A stretch of 64,000 bases of DNA, taken from positions 5,548 through 69,547 of the forward strand of contig JBBAEK010000002.1 of assembly GCA_041655935.1 (NCBI GenBank). Direction: 5' to 3'. The notes beneath the pieces were generated by a model. That model did no database searches. It was not told the DNA's origin and saw only the letters and a program-made list of their open reading frames with translations. The translations under genes and the position numbers were made by a program. Each line of letters begins with the position of its first letter. Positions within the stretch are counted from its first letter, which is position 1. Origin of the DNA: Eubacteriales bacterium (lineage in GTDB: Bacteria > Bacillota > Clostridia > Oscillospirales > CAG-272). Positions 25,600-35,179 of this stretch are shown one piece after another.

Positions 25600-27030
25600 T
25601 CAGGTATCCATCCAGCGGGTCTCGGCGGACTGGCGGAGGGCGGCGAACAGGTTGGCGGCGTAGACCAACCAGATGACGGAGAGGGCGAGCGGGACGGTCC
25701 AAAACCAGCCGAACATGGGCATAGTAGCAGAGAGGCCCATGCCCGCCTCCGGGCGAAGCCGGACGGTTTGGGTGAACTGGATGAGGTACTGGTAGGCGAA
25801 AGTAGACAGCCCGCTGCACAGTCCCAGCGCCACGAAAAGGCGGGTGCGGCGGCAAAGCTGCCGGCAGTACTGGGCGTCATAGGGGCCCCTAGACGAGTCG
25901 GGGGCTTGCTCGCCGCCGATATAGTGCAAGATGAGGCGAACGAGGACCGGCGCGAGCAGCAGCAGGCAGGCGGCAAACGCCAAAAACTCGGCGGCGGATG
26001 TCACGAGCACCCAGCTGTACATATGCCGGGCGGGCTCGGAGATGGCTAAGGTACTATACGCGTATTGGGACAGGAACTTCACGGTGAAGAGGTAGTTCGC
26101 CAAGCTGAATGCGGCATATACGGCAGAGGCGACAGCGGCGGGGCGTGCCCGCTTCTCCAGTCGTAACATGAACAGCATGGCGGCGCAAAAAAGCCCCGCA
26201 CTGACCACATCGGGCAGGACATTGATATCGTCGAAAATAAAATCCAGCCCAAAGCCCACCGCGGCGATGAGCAGGGTGAGCACCACGCTCAGGATGCGAT
26301 AGGTGTCCTTGTTTTTCATGGTAGCGGCTTTATCGGCAAAGTGAGACCGTAAAAAGTCCTGCAGTCCCCGGTCCGCCCGCAGGTGGCGCAGGTAGGCAAA
26401 CATCATGTATGCCCACAGGCAGCCGAAAGCAATCCCCAGCACCAGAGCGAGCAGCAACAACAGCGGGTAGTAGCTCACCCAGTTGACAGAGAGGCCGCCT
26501 GTCATCTGGTCAATGTCCGTGAGGTAGATGAGGCTGAACTCGGGCAGACAGGCCAGTGCGGCGCGAACCGCAAAAAAGCCGACGGTGATCGTGGTGAGCT
26601 GCTCGGCGCGCAGCTTTTGCAGGGTAGAGGGCAGGGTGATGGTAGCGATACAGCCGTGCCGCTCCCCTAAGTAAAAGAAGCCCTCAAACAGGTTTCGGAA
26701 GGCGGGAATGAGGAAAATCAGCTCTATGACGGCATAGGTCAGGGCGAACACGGTGATGATGGACTTCTGGGCGGTGTCATTGCTCCAGATGACCAGCATC
26801 AGAATGAGGGCGGGCACCTTGGACAGGTTGATCCACATCAACTTGACAAACCCCTCCCGCGCCTCGGCAAAGTAGGGGAAAGCGTCCGCCGCATAGCTGA
26901 TCCCCATCGCCAACAGGATATAGGCGACAAAGTCGGGCAACGGGTCAAACAGGTTGATGCTCGGGTTGGCCAGCAGGATCACGGCGGTGAGAAGAAAGCC
27001 ATACCTGATAATCGTTCTTTGTTCCTTCAT
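25600..27030 (-). CDS. hypothetical polytopic membrane protein (476 aa, ~12 predicted TM helices, internally duplicated)
   Basis: Hydrophobic throughout. N-terminal module (ANPSINLFDPLPDFVAYILLAMG) recurs near residue 260 (DDINVLPDVVSAGLFCAAM). Last gene of the secA transcription unit. Confidence 0.65.
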   Translation of the reverse strand: MKEQRTIIRYGFLLTAVILLANPSINLFDPLPDFVAYILLAMGISYAADAFPYFAEAREGFVKLMWINLSKVPALILMLVIWSNDTAQKSIITVFALTYAVIELIFLIPAFRNLFEGFFYLGERHGCIATITLPSTLQKLRAEQLTTITVGFFAVRAALACLPEFSLIYLTDIDQMTGGLSVNWVSYYPLLLLLALVLGIAFGCLWAYMMFAYLRHLRADRGLQDFLRSHFADKAATMKNKDTYRILSVVLTLLIAAVGFGLDFIFDDINVLPDVVSAGLFCAAMLFMLRLEKRARPAAVASAVYAAFSLANYLFTVKFLSQYAYSTLAISEPARHMYSWVLVTSAAEFLAFAACLLLLAPVLVRLILHYIGGEQAPDSSRGPYDAQYCRQLCRRTRLFVALGLCSGLSTFAYQYLIQFTQTVRLRPEAGMGLSATMPMFGWFWTVPLALSVIWLVYAANLFAALRQSAETRWMDT

Positions 27031-27064
27031 AGGGCGGGCAAGCTCCTTTCTTGAGGGTATCGGG

Positions 27065-27652
27065 TCACTTTGGCCGGCGGTTTTGCCGGCTGACCCGCGG
27101 GGTCATCTCTATGTCCTCGGGCATGCAAATCCACATATAGCAGTTGTAAATCAGGCGCAGGTTGCTCAACATCACGAAAAAGCCGTACAGCAGAATAACC
27201 AGGCTGATCTTCGCGACCACGGGAAGTTGCGCCTCACTGTAATTCAGGTTCAGGAAAACGGCACAGACGAAGTACAGCGCGCTCAGCAGTCGGCAGCGGA
27301 GGGCACGGAGGCGGATTTGCGGCAGGTTGGTTTCCGCCGCCACCCTTTGGATGCCCTCAAACAGCAGCCAGTGAAACAGCAGCATGAGCAGCAGCGCGGC
27401 AATGCTCAGTCCGCTGTTCAGCCGCTCGTCAAACGCCCGGCCCCCCCGCACGGACAAGAGGGCAGACAGGGGCGCGAGGATCCCCAGAGCCCCCAAGGGC
27501 ACGAGCACATATTTCGCCCACGCAAAAGGTCGGTTGATGGGCGTGAGCTTGCAGAGCGCCCAAAAGAGCAGCACGCAGGCGGGCAGCAGCAAATAGTTGT
27601 TGAACAGGTTCAAAAAGAACAGATACCCCAGAAACAACAGTCCGAATCCCAT
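27065..27652 (-). CDS. hypothetical polytopic membrane protein (195 aa)
   Basis: About 6 TM helices. Its AAGGAG RBS overlaps the secA stop codon (TTAAGGAGTGCCATG). Confidence 0.6.
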   Translation of the reverse strand: MGFGLLFLGYLFFLNLFNNYLLLPACVLLFWALCKLTPINRPFAWAKYVLVPLGALGILAPLSALLSVRGGRAFDERLNSGLSIAALLLMLLFHWLLFEGIQRVAAETNLPQIRLRALRCRLLSALYFVCAVFLNLNYSEAQLPVVAKISLVILLYGFFVMLSNLRLIYNCYMWICMPEDIEMTPRVSRQNRRPK

Positions 27653-27660
27653 GGCACTCC

Positions 27661-30405
27661 TTAACCGGACACCGCCTTACCGGCACCGTGACAAAACTTA
27701 TATTTCCGTCCGCTGCCGCAGGGGCAGGGGTCGTTCCGTCCGACTTTTTTCTGTGAGCGCACCGGCTGAGGCGCCCCTCCGCCGCCGGGGGCAGCGGTGT
27801 TTTGAGGCTTGGCGACCTCCACACGGCGTATGGGTTGGCTTTTGGGCACGACGGTGAACAACATGCGCACCGTGGACTCGCGGATGTCGTCAATCATATT
27901 GTCAAACATCTCCGCACCCGCGATACGAAATTCGCTGATCGGGTTGCGCTGGGCATACGAGGCGAGCCCCACCGTCCCCTTGAGCTCCTCCATGGCATCC
28001 AGGTGGTCCATCCATTTCGAGTCCACATTGCGCAGCAAAATCACACGCTCCACCTCGCGCATGATCTCGGGAGTGAACAGAGCGTCCTTGTCGTGGTAGC
28101 GCCGGAGTGCCAGCTCGGTCAGCTCCGCCAGCAGCGCCTCGCGGTCCAGCGACTGCTTTTCCTGCTCGGTGTAGCGGTAGGCGCCGGCGGGCAGCAAAAT
28201 CCCTTGGTACTGGGCACGCAACCCCTCAAAGTTCCACTCGGCGGGGTCCTCGCCGCTGACATAGTGCGCAAAATTGGCGGCGACAGACTCGGTGATCATT
28301 TTTTCAAGCAGCGGGCGCAGGTCCTTGCCGTCCAGCACTTCCGCGCGCTGGTTGTAGATGATGGTGCGCTGCTGGTTCATCACATCGTCATATTCCAGCA
28401 CATGTTTGCGCCGCTCAAAGTTCATGCCCTCGATGCGCTTCTGGGCACCCTCAATGGAGCTGGATAGCATGCGGGCGTCAATGGCGGTGTCCTCATCCAT
28501 GCCCAGGCGGGCCACGAGGTTCTGCACGCGCTCACCCGCGAACAGCCGCATCAGGTCGTCGTCCAGCGACAGGAAAAACTTTGACTCTCCGGGGTCGCCC
28601 TGCCGGCCGCTGCGCCCGCGCAACTGGTTGTCAATCCGGCGGGACTCGTGCCGCTCGGTGCCTAAAATGAACAGCCCGCCTGCCGCCTTGACCCGTTCGG
28701 CCTCGGGGCGGATTTCCTCGCGGTACCGCTCTACCAGTTGTTTGAATTGAGAGCGCAGTTCCAGCACCTCCGGGTCGGTGGTGGGGGTGGTGCTGTACGC
28801 TTCGGCTAACCTGTCCTCCGCAACGCCCAGGCGGCGCAGCTCGGCTTTCGCCAAAAACTCGGGGTTGCCGCCCAGCATGATGTCGGTGCCGCGCCCCGCC
28901 ATATTGGTAGAGATGGTGACCGCCCCCTCCTTACCGGCCTGGGCAACGATTTCCGCCTCTCTTTCATGGTGCTTGGCGTTCAGCACGGTGTGTTTGATGC
29001 CGTTTTGCTTGAGGAGTTGCGAGAGCTCCTCGGACTTTTCGATGGAGATGGTACCCACCAGCACGGGCTGCCCCTTTTGGTGACAGGCCTTGATCTGCTC
29101 GACAATGGCGCGCAGCTTGCCTTGCCGGGTGCGGTAGACCGAGTCGTTGTGGTTGATGCGAATCATGGGCATGTTGGTGGGGACTTCCACCACATCCAAG
29201 CGATAGATTTCCCGAAACTCGTTCTCTTCGGTCAGCGCCGTACCGGTCATGCCCGAGAGTTTCTTGTACATACGGAAGTAGTTTTGAAAGGTGATGGTCG
29301 CCAGTGTCTTGGACTCTTTTTGCACCAGCACCCGTTCCTTGGCCTCAATGGCCTGGTGCAGGCCGTTGTTGTAGCGTCGGCCGGGCATCAGCCGCCCCGT
29401 GAAGGGGTCCACGATGATGACCTGGTTGTCCTTGACCACATAGTCGTCGTCCCGCCGCATGATCCCGTGCGCGCGGATGGCCTGGTTGATATGGTGGTAG
29501 AGGGTGGCGTTTTCCGGGTCGGACAGGTTCTCAATGCGGAAGAACTGCTCCGCCTTCTCGATGCCGCGGCGGGTCAGCACGACATTTTTGGCTTTTTCGT
29601 CCACAATGTAGTCGTCTGCCACATCCTCATAGTCAACTTTTGTGTCCATTTCTTTGATGACGAATTTTTTGAGACCACGGGCGAACTTGTCTGCCTTTTC
29701 GTACAGATCGGTGGACTTGTCACCCTCGCCCGAGATAATCAGGGGGGTTCGGGCCTCATCAATCAAAATAGAGTCCACCTCGTCAATGATGGCAAAGACA
29801 TGGCCGCGCTGGACCATCTGCTCCTTGTATACCACCATGTTGTCGCGCAGGTAGTCAAAGCCGAACTCGTTGTTGGTACCGTAGGTGATATCGGCGTCGT
29901 AGGCCTGTTTCTTTTCCTCTTTGGTTTGACCGGGCACCACCAGCCCCGTGGTCAGGCCGAGGAAGGTATACACCCGCCCCATCTCCTCACAGCCGGTGCG
30001 TGCCAGGTAGTCGTTGACGGTGACGATGTGCACCCCCTTGCCGGTCAGCGCGTTCAGGTAGGCGGGCAGGGTGGCAACCAGTGTTTTGCCCTCCCCTGTT
30101 TTCATCTCGGCAATACGGCCTTGGTGCAGCAACACACCGCCCAGCAACTGCACGCGGAAGGGGCGTTTCTGCAGGATGCGGTCATCGGCTTCCCTGACCA
30201 GGGCAAAGGCATCGGGCAGAATGTCGTCCAGGGTCTCGCCAGCGGCCAGTCTCTCCCTGAGCTGCCCGGTGACGGCCTGCAACTGCTCGTCGGTCATCGC
30301 GGCATACTTGGGCGCGAGCGCCTCTATTTGGTCTACCAGCCCACCCAGCGCCTTGCACTGCCGTTCGCTGTAGGTGCCGAATAATTTATCTAACAATCGT
30401 CCCAT
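27661..30405 (-). CDS. secA: preprotein translocase ATPase SecA
   Basis: 914 aa. DEAD-like motor motifs ([27 protein letters not shown]). C-terminal zinc finger [14 protein letters not shown]. Confidence 0.97.
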   Translation of the reverse strand: MGRLLDKLFGTYSERQCKALGGLVDQIEALAPKYAAMTDEQLQAVTGQLRERLAAGETLDDILPDAFALVREADDRILQKRPFRVQLLGGVLLHQGRIAEMKTGEGKTLVATLPAYLNALTGKGVHIVTVNDYLARTGCEEMGRVYTFLGLTTGLVVPGQTKEEKKQAYDADITYGTNNEFGFDYLRDNMVVYKEQMVQRGHVFAIIDEVDSILIDEARTPLIISGEGDKSTDLYEKADKFARGLKKFVIKEMDTKVDYEDVADDYIVDEKAKNVVLTRRGIEKAEQFFRIENLSDPENATLYHHINQAIRAHGIMRRDDDYVVKDNQVIIVDPFTGRLMPGRRYNNGLHQAIEAKERVLVQKESKTLATITFQNYFRMYKKLSGMTGTALTEENEFREIYRLDVVEVPTNMPMIRINHNDSVYRTRQGKLRAIVEQIKACHQKGQPVLVGTISIEKSEELSQLLKQNGIKHTVLNAKHHEREAEIVAQAGKEGAVTISTNMAGRGTDIMLGGNPEFLAKAELRRLGVAEDRLAEAYSTTPTTDPEVLELRSQFKQLVERYREEIRPEAERVKAAGGLFILGTERHESRRIDNQLRGRSGRQGDPGESKFFLSLDDDLMRLFAGERVQNLVARLGMDEDTAIDARMLSSSIEGAQKRIEGMNFERRKHVLEYDDVMNQQRTIIYNQRAEVLDGKDLRPLLEKMITESVAANFAHYVSGEDPAEWNFEGLRAQYQGILLPAGAYRYTEQEKQSLDREALLAELTELALRRYHDKDALFTPEIMREVERVILLRNVDSKWMDHLDAMEELKGTVGLASYAQRNPISEFRIAGAEMFDNMIDDIRESTVRMLFTVVPKSQPIRRVEVAKPQNTAAPGGGGAPQPVRSQKKVGRNDPCPCGSGRKYKFCHGAGKAVSG

Positions 30406-30550
30406 GGTTCACTCCTCACTCTATCGTATTTTTTATTTTACCATAATCAAAAGGGAATGTCATGGTATAATTGTAAATTATTTAAGGCGGCGCCGTATCG
30501 GCTTCTCCGGCGCGCCACCTGCCTGCCGTGGGCCTCATGCGTTTTCGCAC

Positions 30551-30579
30551 TTGCGCTTTTGGGGGCGGTGTATTACAAT
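30551..30579 (+). promoter_or_regulatory. promoter for trmL-asnB (TTGCGC-17-TACAAT)
   Basis: TTGCGC 30551-30556, TACAAT 30574-30579. Confidence 0.45.
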
Positions 30580-30657
30580 AGAAGCGTGAGGCGGCGAGGG
30601 CCCTCGCACACAGGCACCCGGAAATATCTTCAAAAAAAATGCATAAGGACCGGCAAG

Positions 30658-31155
30658 ATGAGAAAAATCAATATAGTGCTTCACTGCCCCGAAATCCCGC
30701 AAAACACCGGCAACATTGCCCGCACCTGCGCCGCCACCGGCGCGGCACTGCACCTCATTCACCCCTTGGGCTTTTCTGTTGACGACCGTCAGTTGAAGCG
30801 GGCAGGGCTGGACTACTGGCACGAGCTGGACATCACCCACCATGAAAGCGAGGCGGCTTTTTTCGAATTTCTGGGGGAGCGGGCGGTGTATTATTTCAGC
30901 ACCAAAGCGCCCCGTTCGTATACCGAGGTCAGCTATCCCGACACAGTTTTCCTCCTGTTCGGCAGAGAGACCCGGGGATTGCCCGAGCCACTGCTGCAAG
31001 CGCACCCCGAGTGGGCGGTTCGGATTCCCATGCTGTCCAACCTTCGTTCGCTCAACCTGTCAAATGCGGCGGCGGTGGCTGTGTATGAAGTGCTCCGGCA
31101 AAGGGGGTTCGCAGGGCTCGAGGCAACGGGACACCCGAGCACTTTTGATTGGTAA
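30658..31155 (+). CDS. trmL: tRNA (cytidine/uridine-34-2'-O)-methyltransferase TrmL (SpoU/TrmH family)
   Basis: INIVLHCPEIPQNTGNIARTCAATG ... LLFGRETRGLP ... IPM...RSLNLSNA motifs. 165 aa. Confidence 0.9.
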   Translation: MRKINIVLHCPEIPQNTGNIARTCAATGAALHLIHPLGFSVDDRQLKRAGLDYWHELDITHHESEAAFFEFLGERAVYYFSTKAPRSYTEVSYPDTVFLLFGRETRGLPEPLLQAHPEWAVRIPMLSNLRSLNLSNAAAVAVYEVLRQRGFAGLEATGHPSTFDW

Positions 31156-31167
31156 AAAGGAGTTTTT

Positions 31168-32994
31168 ATGTGCGGAATCGTCGGTTTCAGCAGCCAGCAA
31201 AGGGAAGGGAAAAAGATTGTCCGTGCCATGACCGACGCCATCCGCCACCGGGGTCCCGACGGGGCGGGCTACTTTTTGGGGGACAGAACAGCGCTGGGCT
31301 TTTGTCAGCTCTCCCACACGCGGGAGAGTGTCTGCGAGCAACCCCTGTATAACGAGGGGCGCACTTTGGTGCTGGTCTGCGACGGGCTGATTTACAACGA
31401 CACCGAGCTGCGCGCGGCACTGATTGGGGCGGGGCACAACTTCCGTACCCGCAACCACGCAGAGGTCATCGTCCACGGCTATGAGGAGTGGGGCGAGGAG
31501 GTGGTGCTGCGCTTGCGGGGCATGTACGCCTTTGTCCTCTGGGACAAGGTGCACCGAGTGTTTTTCGGGGCACGCGACTCATTTGGGATCAAGCCGCTCT
31601 ACTACATCGCACAGGGCGGCTTTTTTGCGTTTGCCTCCGAAATCAAGGGGCTGCTGCGTCACCCCGACTGCCCGCGCGGGCTCAACCACAACGCCCTGCG
31701 CGCCTACCTGTCGCTGGAGTACAGCGGGGGCAACGAGACATTCTTTCGGGGGGTCATGAAGGTGCCGCCGGGGTACAGTTTTATTTACAAAGATGAGGTG
31801 ATGTTCCTGCGCCGCCGCTACCTGCCGCAATTCAGGGAGGGGCAGGCGGCGGGGCTCTATCAGATCGAGTCCGCTTTGCGGGACGCGGTGGCCCACTGTC
31901 GGCACTCCGGCGGCAAGGTGGGCGCTTTTCTGTCGGGCGGGGTGGACTCCAGTCTGGTGACGGCTTTGGCCAACCCCGACATTACCTTTTCAGTAGGGTT
32001 TGCCGAAAACGGTTTTGATGAAAGAGCTGACGCCGCCCGTCTGTCCGAGATTTTCAGCATCGAACACCAGGCCATGACCGTGACGGCGGGCGATTGCTTT
32101 GCGGCACTGCCCGACATCCTGTACCATATGGATGAGCCGCAGGCCAATCCGTCGGTACTGCCGCTGTGGTTCTTGTCTGACCTGGCGGGACGGCAGGTGC
32201 GCACCGTGCTGTCGGGAGAGGGAGCAGACGAGCTGTTTGGCGGGTATGAGACCTATGGAGACAGCACGCTGATGCAGACCTACCGCCGCCTGCCGCAACT
32301 GGTGCGCACGGGGGTGTCGGGGGCGGTACGGAGGCTGCCTTATTTCAAGGGGCGTGATTTTTTGGTGCGGGGCGGCGGCAGGCCGGAACAGCACTTCATC
32401 GGTCAGGCGCATGTGTTCTCCGCGCGGGAGGCGACAGAGCTGCTCACCCCGGCCTTTCGTTCGGGCCCGACCGCACTCCAGATAGCCGCCCGCTACTACA
32501 GCCAGGCGCCGGAGCTGGATGAGCTGACCAAAAAGCAATACCTGGACCTGCAGCTTTGGATGCCGGGGGATGTGCTGCTCAAGGCCGACCGCATGAGCAT
32601 GGCGCACAGCTTAGAGGTGCGGGTGCCCTATCTGGATACCGAGGTGGCACAGGCGGCGATGGCACTGCCCACGTCCATGCGGCTCAGCCCGACCGAGAGC
32701 AAGCCGGCGTTGCGCGCGGTGGCGCGGCGCCTCTTGCCCGCCGAGTATGCCAACCGCCCAAAAAAAGGTTTCCCGGTGCCCATCCGGCTTTGGTTGAGGG
32801 AGGCCCCCTATGCCCAGCTGCTGCGGGAAACTTTCCTGGAAAGCTACACCTCCCAGTTTTTCAACCGCCATGCACTGCTGGCCATGTTGGAGGAGCACCA
32901 AAAAGGCAGGAAGAACTACGGCCGCAAGCTCTGGACTGTGTATGTCTTTTTGGTCTGGTACCGCCTGTACTTCCTTGAATCAAGCCTCCTGTAA
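31168..32994 (+). CDS. asparagine synthase (glutamine-hydrolysing) family amidotransferase
   Basis: MCGIVGF Ntn nucleophile. SGGVDSS PP-loop. 608 aa. Confidence 0.9.
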   Translation: MCGIVGFSSQQREGKKIVRAMTDAIRHRGPDGAGYFLGDRTALGFCQLSHTRESVCEQPLYNEGRTLVLVCDGLIYNDTELRAALIGAGHNFRTRNHAEVIVHGYEEWGEEVVLRLRGMYAFVLWDKVHRVFFGARDSFGIKPLYYIAQGGFFAFASEIKGLLRHPDCPRGLNHNALRAYLSLEYSGGNETFFRGVMKVPPGYSFIYKDEVMFLRRRYLPQFREGQAAGLYQIESALRDAVAHCRHSGGKVGAFLSGGVDSSLVTALANPDITFSVGFAENGFDERADAARLSEIFSIEHQAMTVTAGDCFAALPDILYHMDEPQANPSVLPLWFLSDLAGRQVRTVLSGEGADELFGGYETYGDSTLMQTYRRLPQLVRTGVSGAVRRLPYFKGRDFLVRGGGRPEQHFIGQAHVFSAREATELLTPAFRSGPTALQIAARYYSQAPELDELTKKQYLDLQLWMPGDVLLKADRMSMAHSLEVRVPYLDTEVAQAAMALPTSMRLSPTESKPALRAVARRLLPAEYANRPKKGFPVPIRLWLREAPYAQLLRETFLESYTSQFFNRHALLAMLEEHQKGRKNYGRKLWTVYVFLVWYRLYFLESSLL

Positions 32995-33056
32995 GGAAGG
33001 GCCCACAGGCGGCGCCCTCTCTTTTGCCCCAATGACACGAAGCTGAGGAATGAAAG

Positions 33057-34289
33057 ATGAAAGCACCGTCATATGATATAGTACCCGTCTTGCTGGGGGC
33101 GGATCTGAATGCGTACAGCATGGCGCAGGCCTTTCACCGGGCCTACGGGGTGCGCTCCCATGCCTTTGGCCGCTACCCGCTCGGCGTGACGCAGCACTCG
33201 CGCCTGGTGGTGTTCCACGAAGTCCCCGAGCTGGAAAACCCGGTCATCTGCACACAGGTCCTGCGCGAATTTGCGGCAAGCCAATCAGGCAAAGCATTGT
33301 TTTTGTTCGGCTGCACCGACGAGTATGCTCTGTACCTGATTGACGAGCGGGCAGCGCTGAGTGACCTGTACCACATTCCCTGCCCCTCCCCCGCTGTGGC
33401 GGCGCGGCTGGCAGACAAGGCGGCGTTTTATGACACTTGCCGTGCCTATGGGGTGGAGATTCCCCGCACGGCTCTCTTTTCGGGGGTGCCGGAGGCGGCG
33501 GCAGTGGAGGCGGCGCAGCTCGGCTTTGCCTACCCCGTGGTGCTCAAGCCCTCCTCCAGCGCCGCCTACTGGCGCCACCCCTTTGCGGGGATGCAGAAAC
33601 GGTACTTGCTGCACTCACCGGCGGCGGTACTTGAGACGGCGGCGACGATCTATGGGGCAGGGTATGACCGATACCTCCTGTTGCAGGACTTTATCCCCGG
33701 GGGGGACGCGGACTGTCGGGTGCTGAACACCTATGTGGACAGGGAGGGGCACGCGGTCTTTCTGTGCTATGCGCAGGTGCTGCTGGAGGCACGGACAGCC
33801 AAGGGCAGGGGCAACCCTACCGCGGTGCTCACCGAGTCGCCGGATCCGGTTTGTCACCAACTGGTCGGTATGTTAGAGGCGATGGGATACCGGGGGTTTG
33901 CCAACTTTGATATGAAGTACGATGCGCGGGACGGCAAAATCAAGGTGTTTGAAGTGAACTTGCGGCAGGGACGCTGCCACGGCTTTGTCAATGCCGCGGG
34001 CATCAATGTCGCCCGGGTGGCGGTGCATGACTGCCTGCAAGGCGAGGCGCCCGTGACCCCCGGCCGGACACAGCCGGTTTTTTGGCACGAGGTGCCGCGG
34101 CGCGTGGTCAGACAGCATGTGAGCACGGCGGCAGACCGTCGTCGGGTCAGGGAATTGTGTGCAAAAGGGCGCGCCGTCTCCCCTTTCTTTTATCGGCCGG
34201 ACCTGTCCTTTAACTTGCCGCGCTTGGCATACCTGACCGTCCACACCCGCCGCCAATACCAAAAGTACCGGGGGATGGGAGAGGAATAA
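33057..34289 (+). CDS. ATP-grasp carboxylate-amine ligase (candidate D-aspartate ligase)
   Basis: PVLLGADLNAYSMAQAFHRAYGV N-terminus, YPVVLKPSSS ATP-grasp core, FANFDMKYD...KVFEVNLRQG C-terminal lobe. 410 aa. Confidence 0.75.
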   Translation: MKAPSYDIVPVLLGADLNAYSMAQAFHRAYGVRSHAFGRYPLGVTQHSRLVVFHEVPELENPVICTQVLREFAASQSGKALFLFGCTDEYALYLIDERAALSDLYHIPCPSPAVAARLADKAAFYDTCRAYGVEIPRTALFSGVPEAAAVEAAQLGFAYPVVLKPSSSAAYWRHPFAGMQKRYLLHSPAAVLETAATIYGAGYDRYLLLQDFIPGGDADCRVLNTYVDREGHAVFLCYAQVLLEARTAKGRGNPTAVLTESPDPVCHQLVGMLEAMGYRGFANFDMKYDARDGKIKVFEVNLRQGRCHGFVNAAGINVARVAVHDCLQGEAPVTPGRTQPVFWHEVPRRVVRQHVSTAADRRRVRELCAKGRAVSPFFYRPDLSFNLPRLAYLTVHTRRQYQKYRGMGEE

Positions 34290-34459
34290 CCCGATTTCCC
34301 CCACCCACGAACACACCACAAGGTTTTTGCGGGGGCCATCACGGGTGCAGGTTGCCCCTTGAAAAACAAACTGCCACACAACAGAGCAACCGTGCCGTCC
34401 ATGCCGGGCACAGGGATGTCGGATGAGCCGGAGCTTTTTTGAACCGCAAGGAGGCAAGT

Positions 34460-35179
34460 ATGATCTTAGGCATTATCGGCGGCATGGGGCCGATGGCGAG
34501 CGCCTACTTTTACAAACTGCTCACCGCCCTGACCCATGCCGCCTGTGACAGTGAGCATGTGCGGCTCCTCTTGTCCAGCCGCTGTGATACCCCCGACCGC
34601 AGCGCCTTTCTACAAGGCACCTCGGAGGCGGACCCCACCCCGGTGTTACAGGAGGAAGCGCAGCGGTTGGTAACGGCAGGGGCGGAGCTGTTGGCGATTC
34701 CCTGCCATACTGCCCACTGCTTTTATGACAGGGTGGCGGCGTCCGTGTCGGTGCCGGTGTTACATATGCCCCGGGAAACCGTCCGCAGCCTGGCGCAACA
34801 GGGGGTCGGGAGCATCGGGCTTTTGGCGACGGCGGGACTGTATGCGGGCGGCCTCTACCAACGACTTTGCGACGGGGCGGGGCTGCGTTGCTTGGTGCCC
34901 CCACCCGAACAGCAGGCGGGGCTGCATCAGATGATCTACCGGCAAATCAAGGGCGGCGGCAGGGGAGAGCCTGAGCTGCCGGCGCAAATGGCTGCCTCGC
35001 TGCAACGGCGGGGGGCGGATGTGGTGGTGCTGGGATGCACCGAGTTGTCTGTCCTGTATGACGGGCAGTTGCCGGATGAACGGTGGGTAGACCCGCTCGA
35101 GATATTGGCGGCAGTTGCCATTTCGTTATGCGGCAAAAAAACGGGACCACAAGGGAGCCGCATGCATGTTGCTATCTGA
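34460..35179 (+). CDS. aspartate racemase (Asp/Glu/hydantoin racemase family)
   Basis: ILGIIGGMGPMAS start. Two catalytic Cys contexts, IPCHTAH and LGCTELS. AAGGAGG RBS before ATG 34460. Confidence 0.85.
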   Translation: MILGIIGGMGPMASAYFYKLLTALTHAACDSEHVRLLLSSRCDTPDRSAFLQGTSEADPTPVLQEEAQRLVTAGAELLAIPCHTAHCFYDRVAASVSVPVLHMPRETVRSLAQQGVGSIGLLATAGLYAGGLYQRLCDGAGLRCLVPPPEQQAGLHQMIYRQIKGGGRGEPELPAQMAASLQRRGADVVVLGCTELSVLYDGQLPDERWVDPLEILAAVAISLCGKKTGPQGSRMHVAI

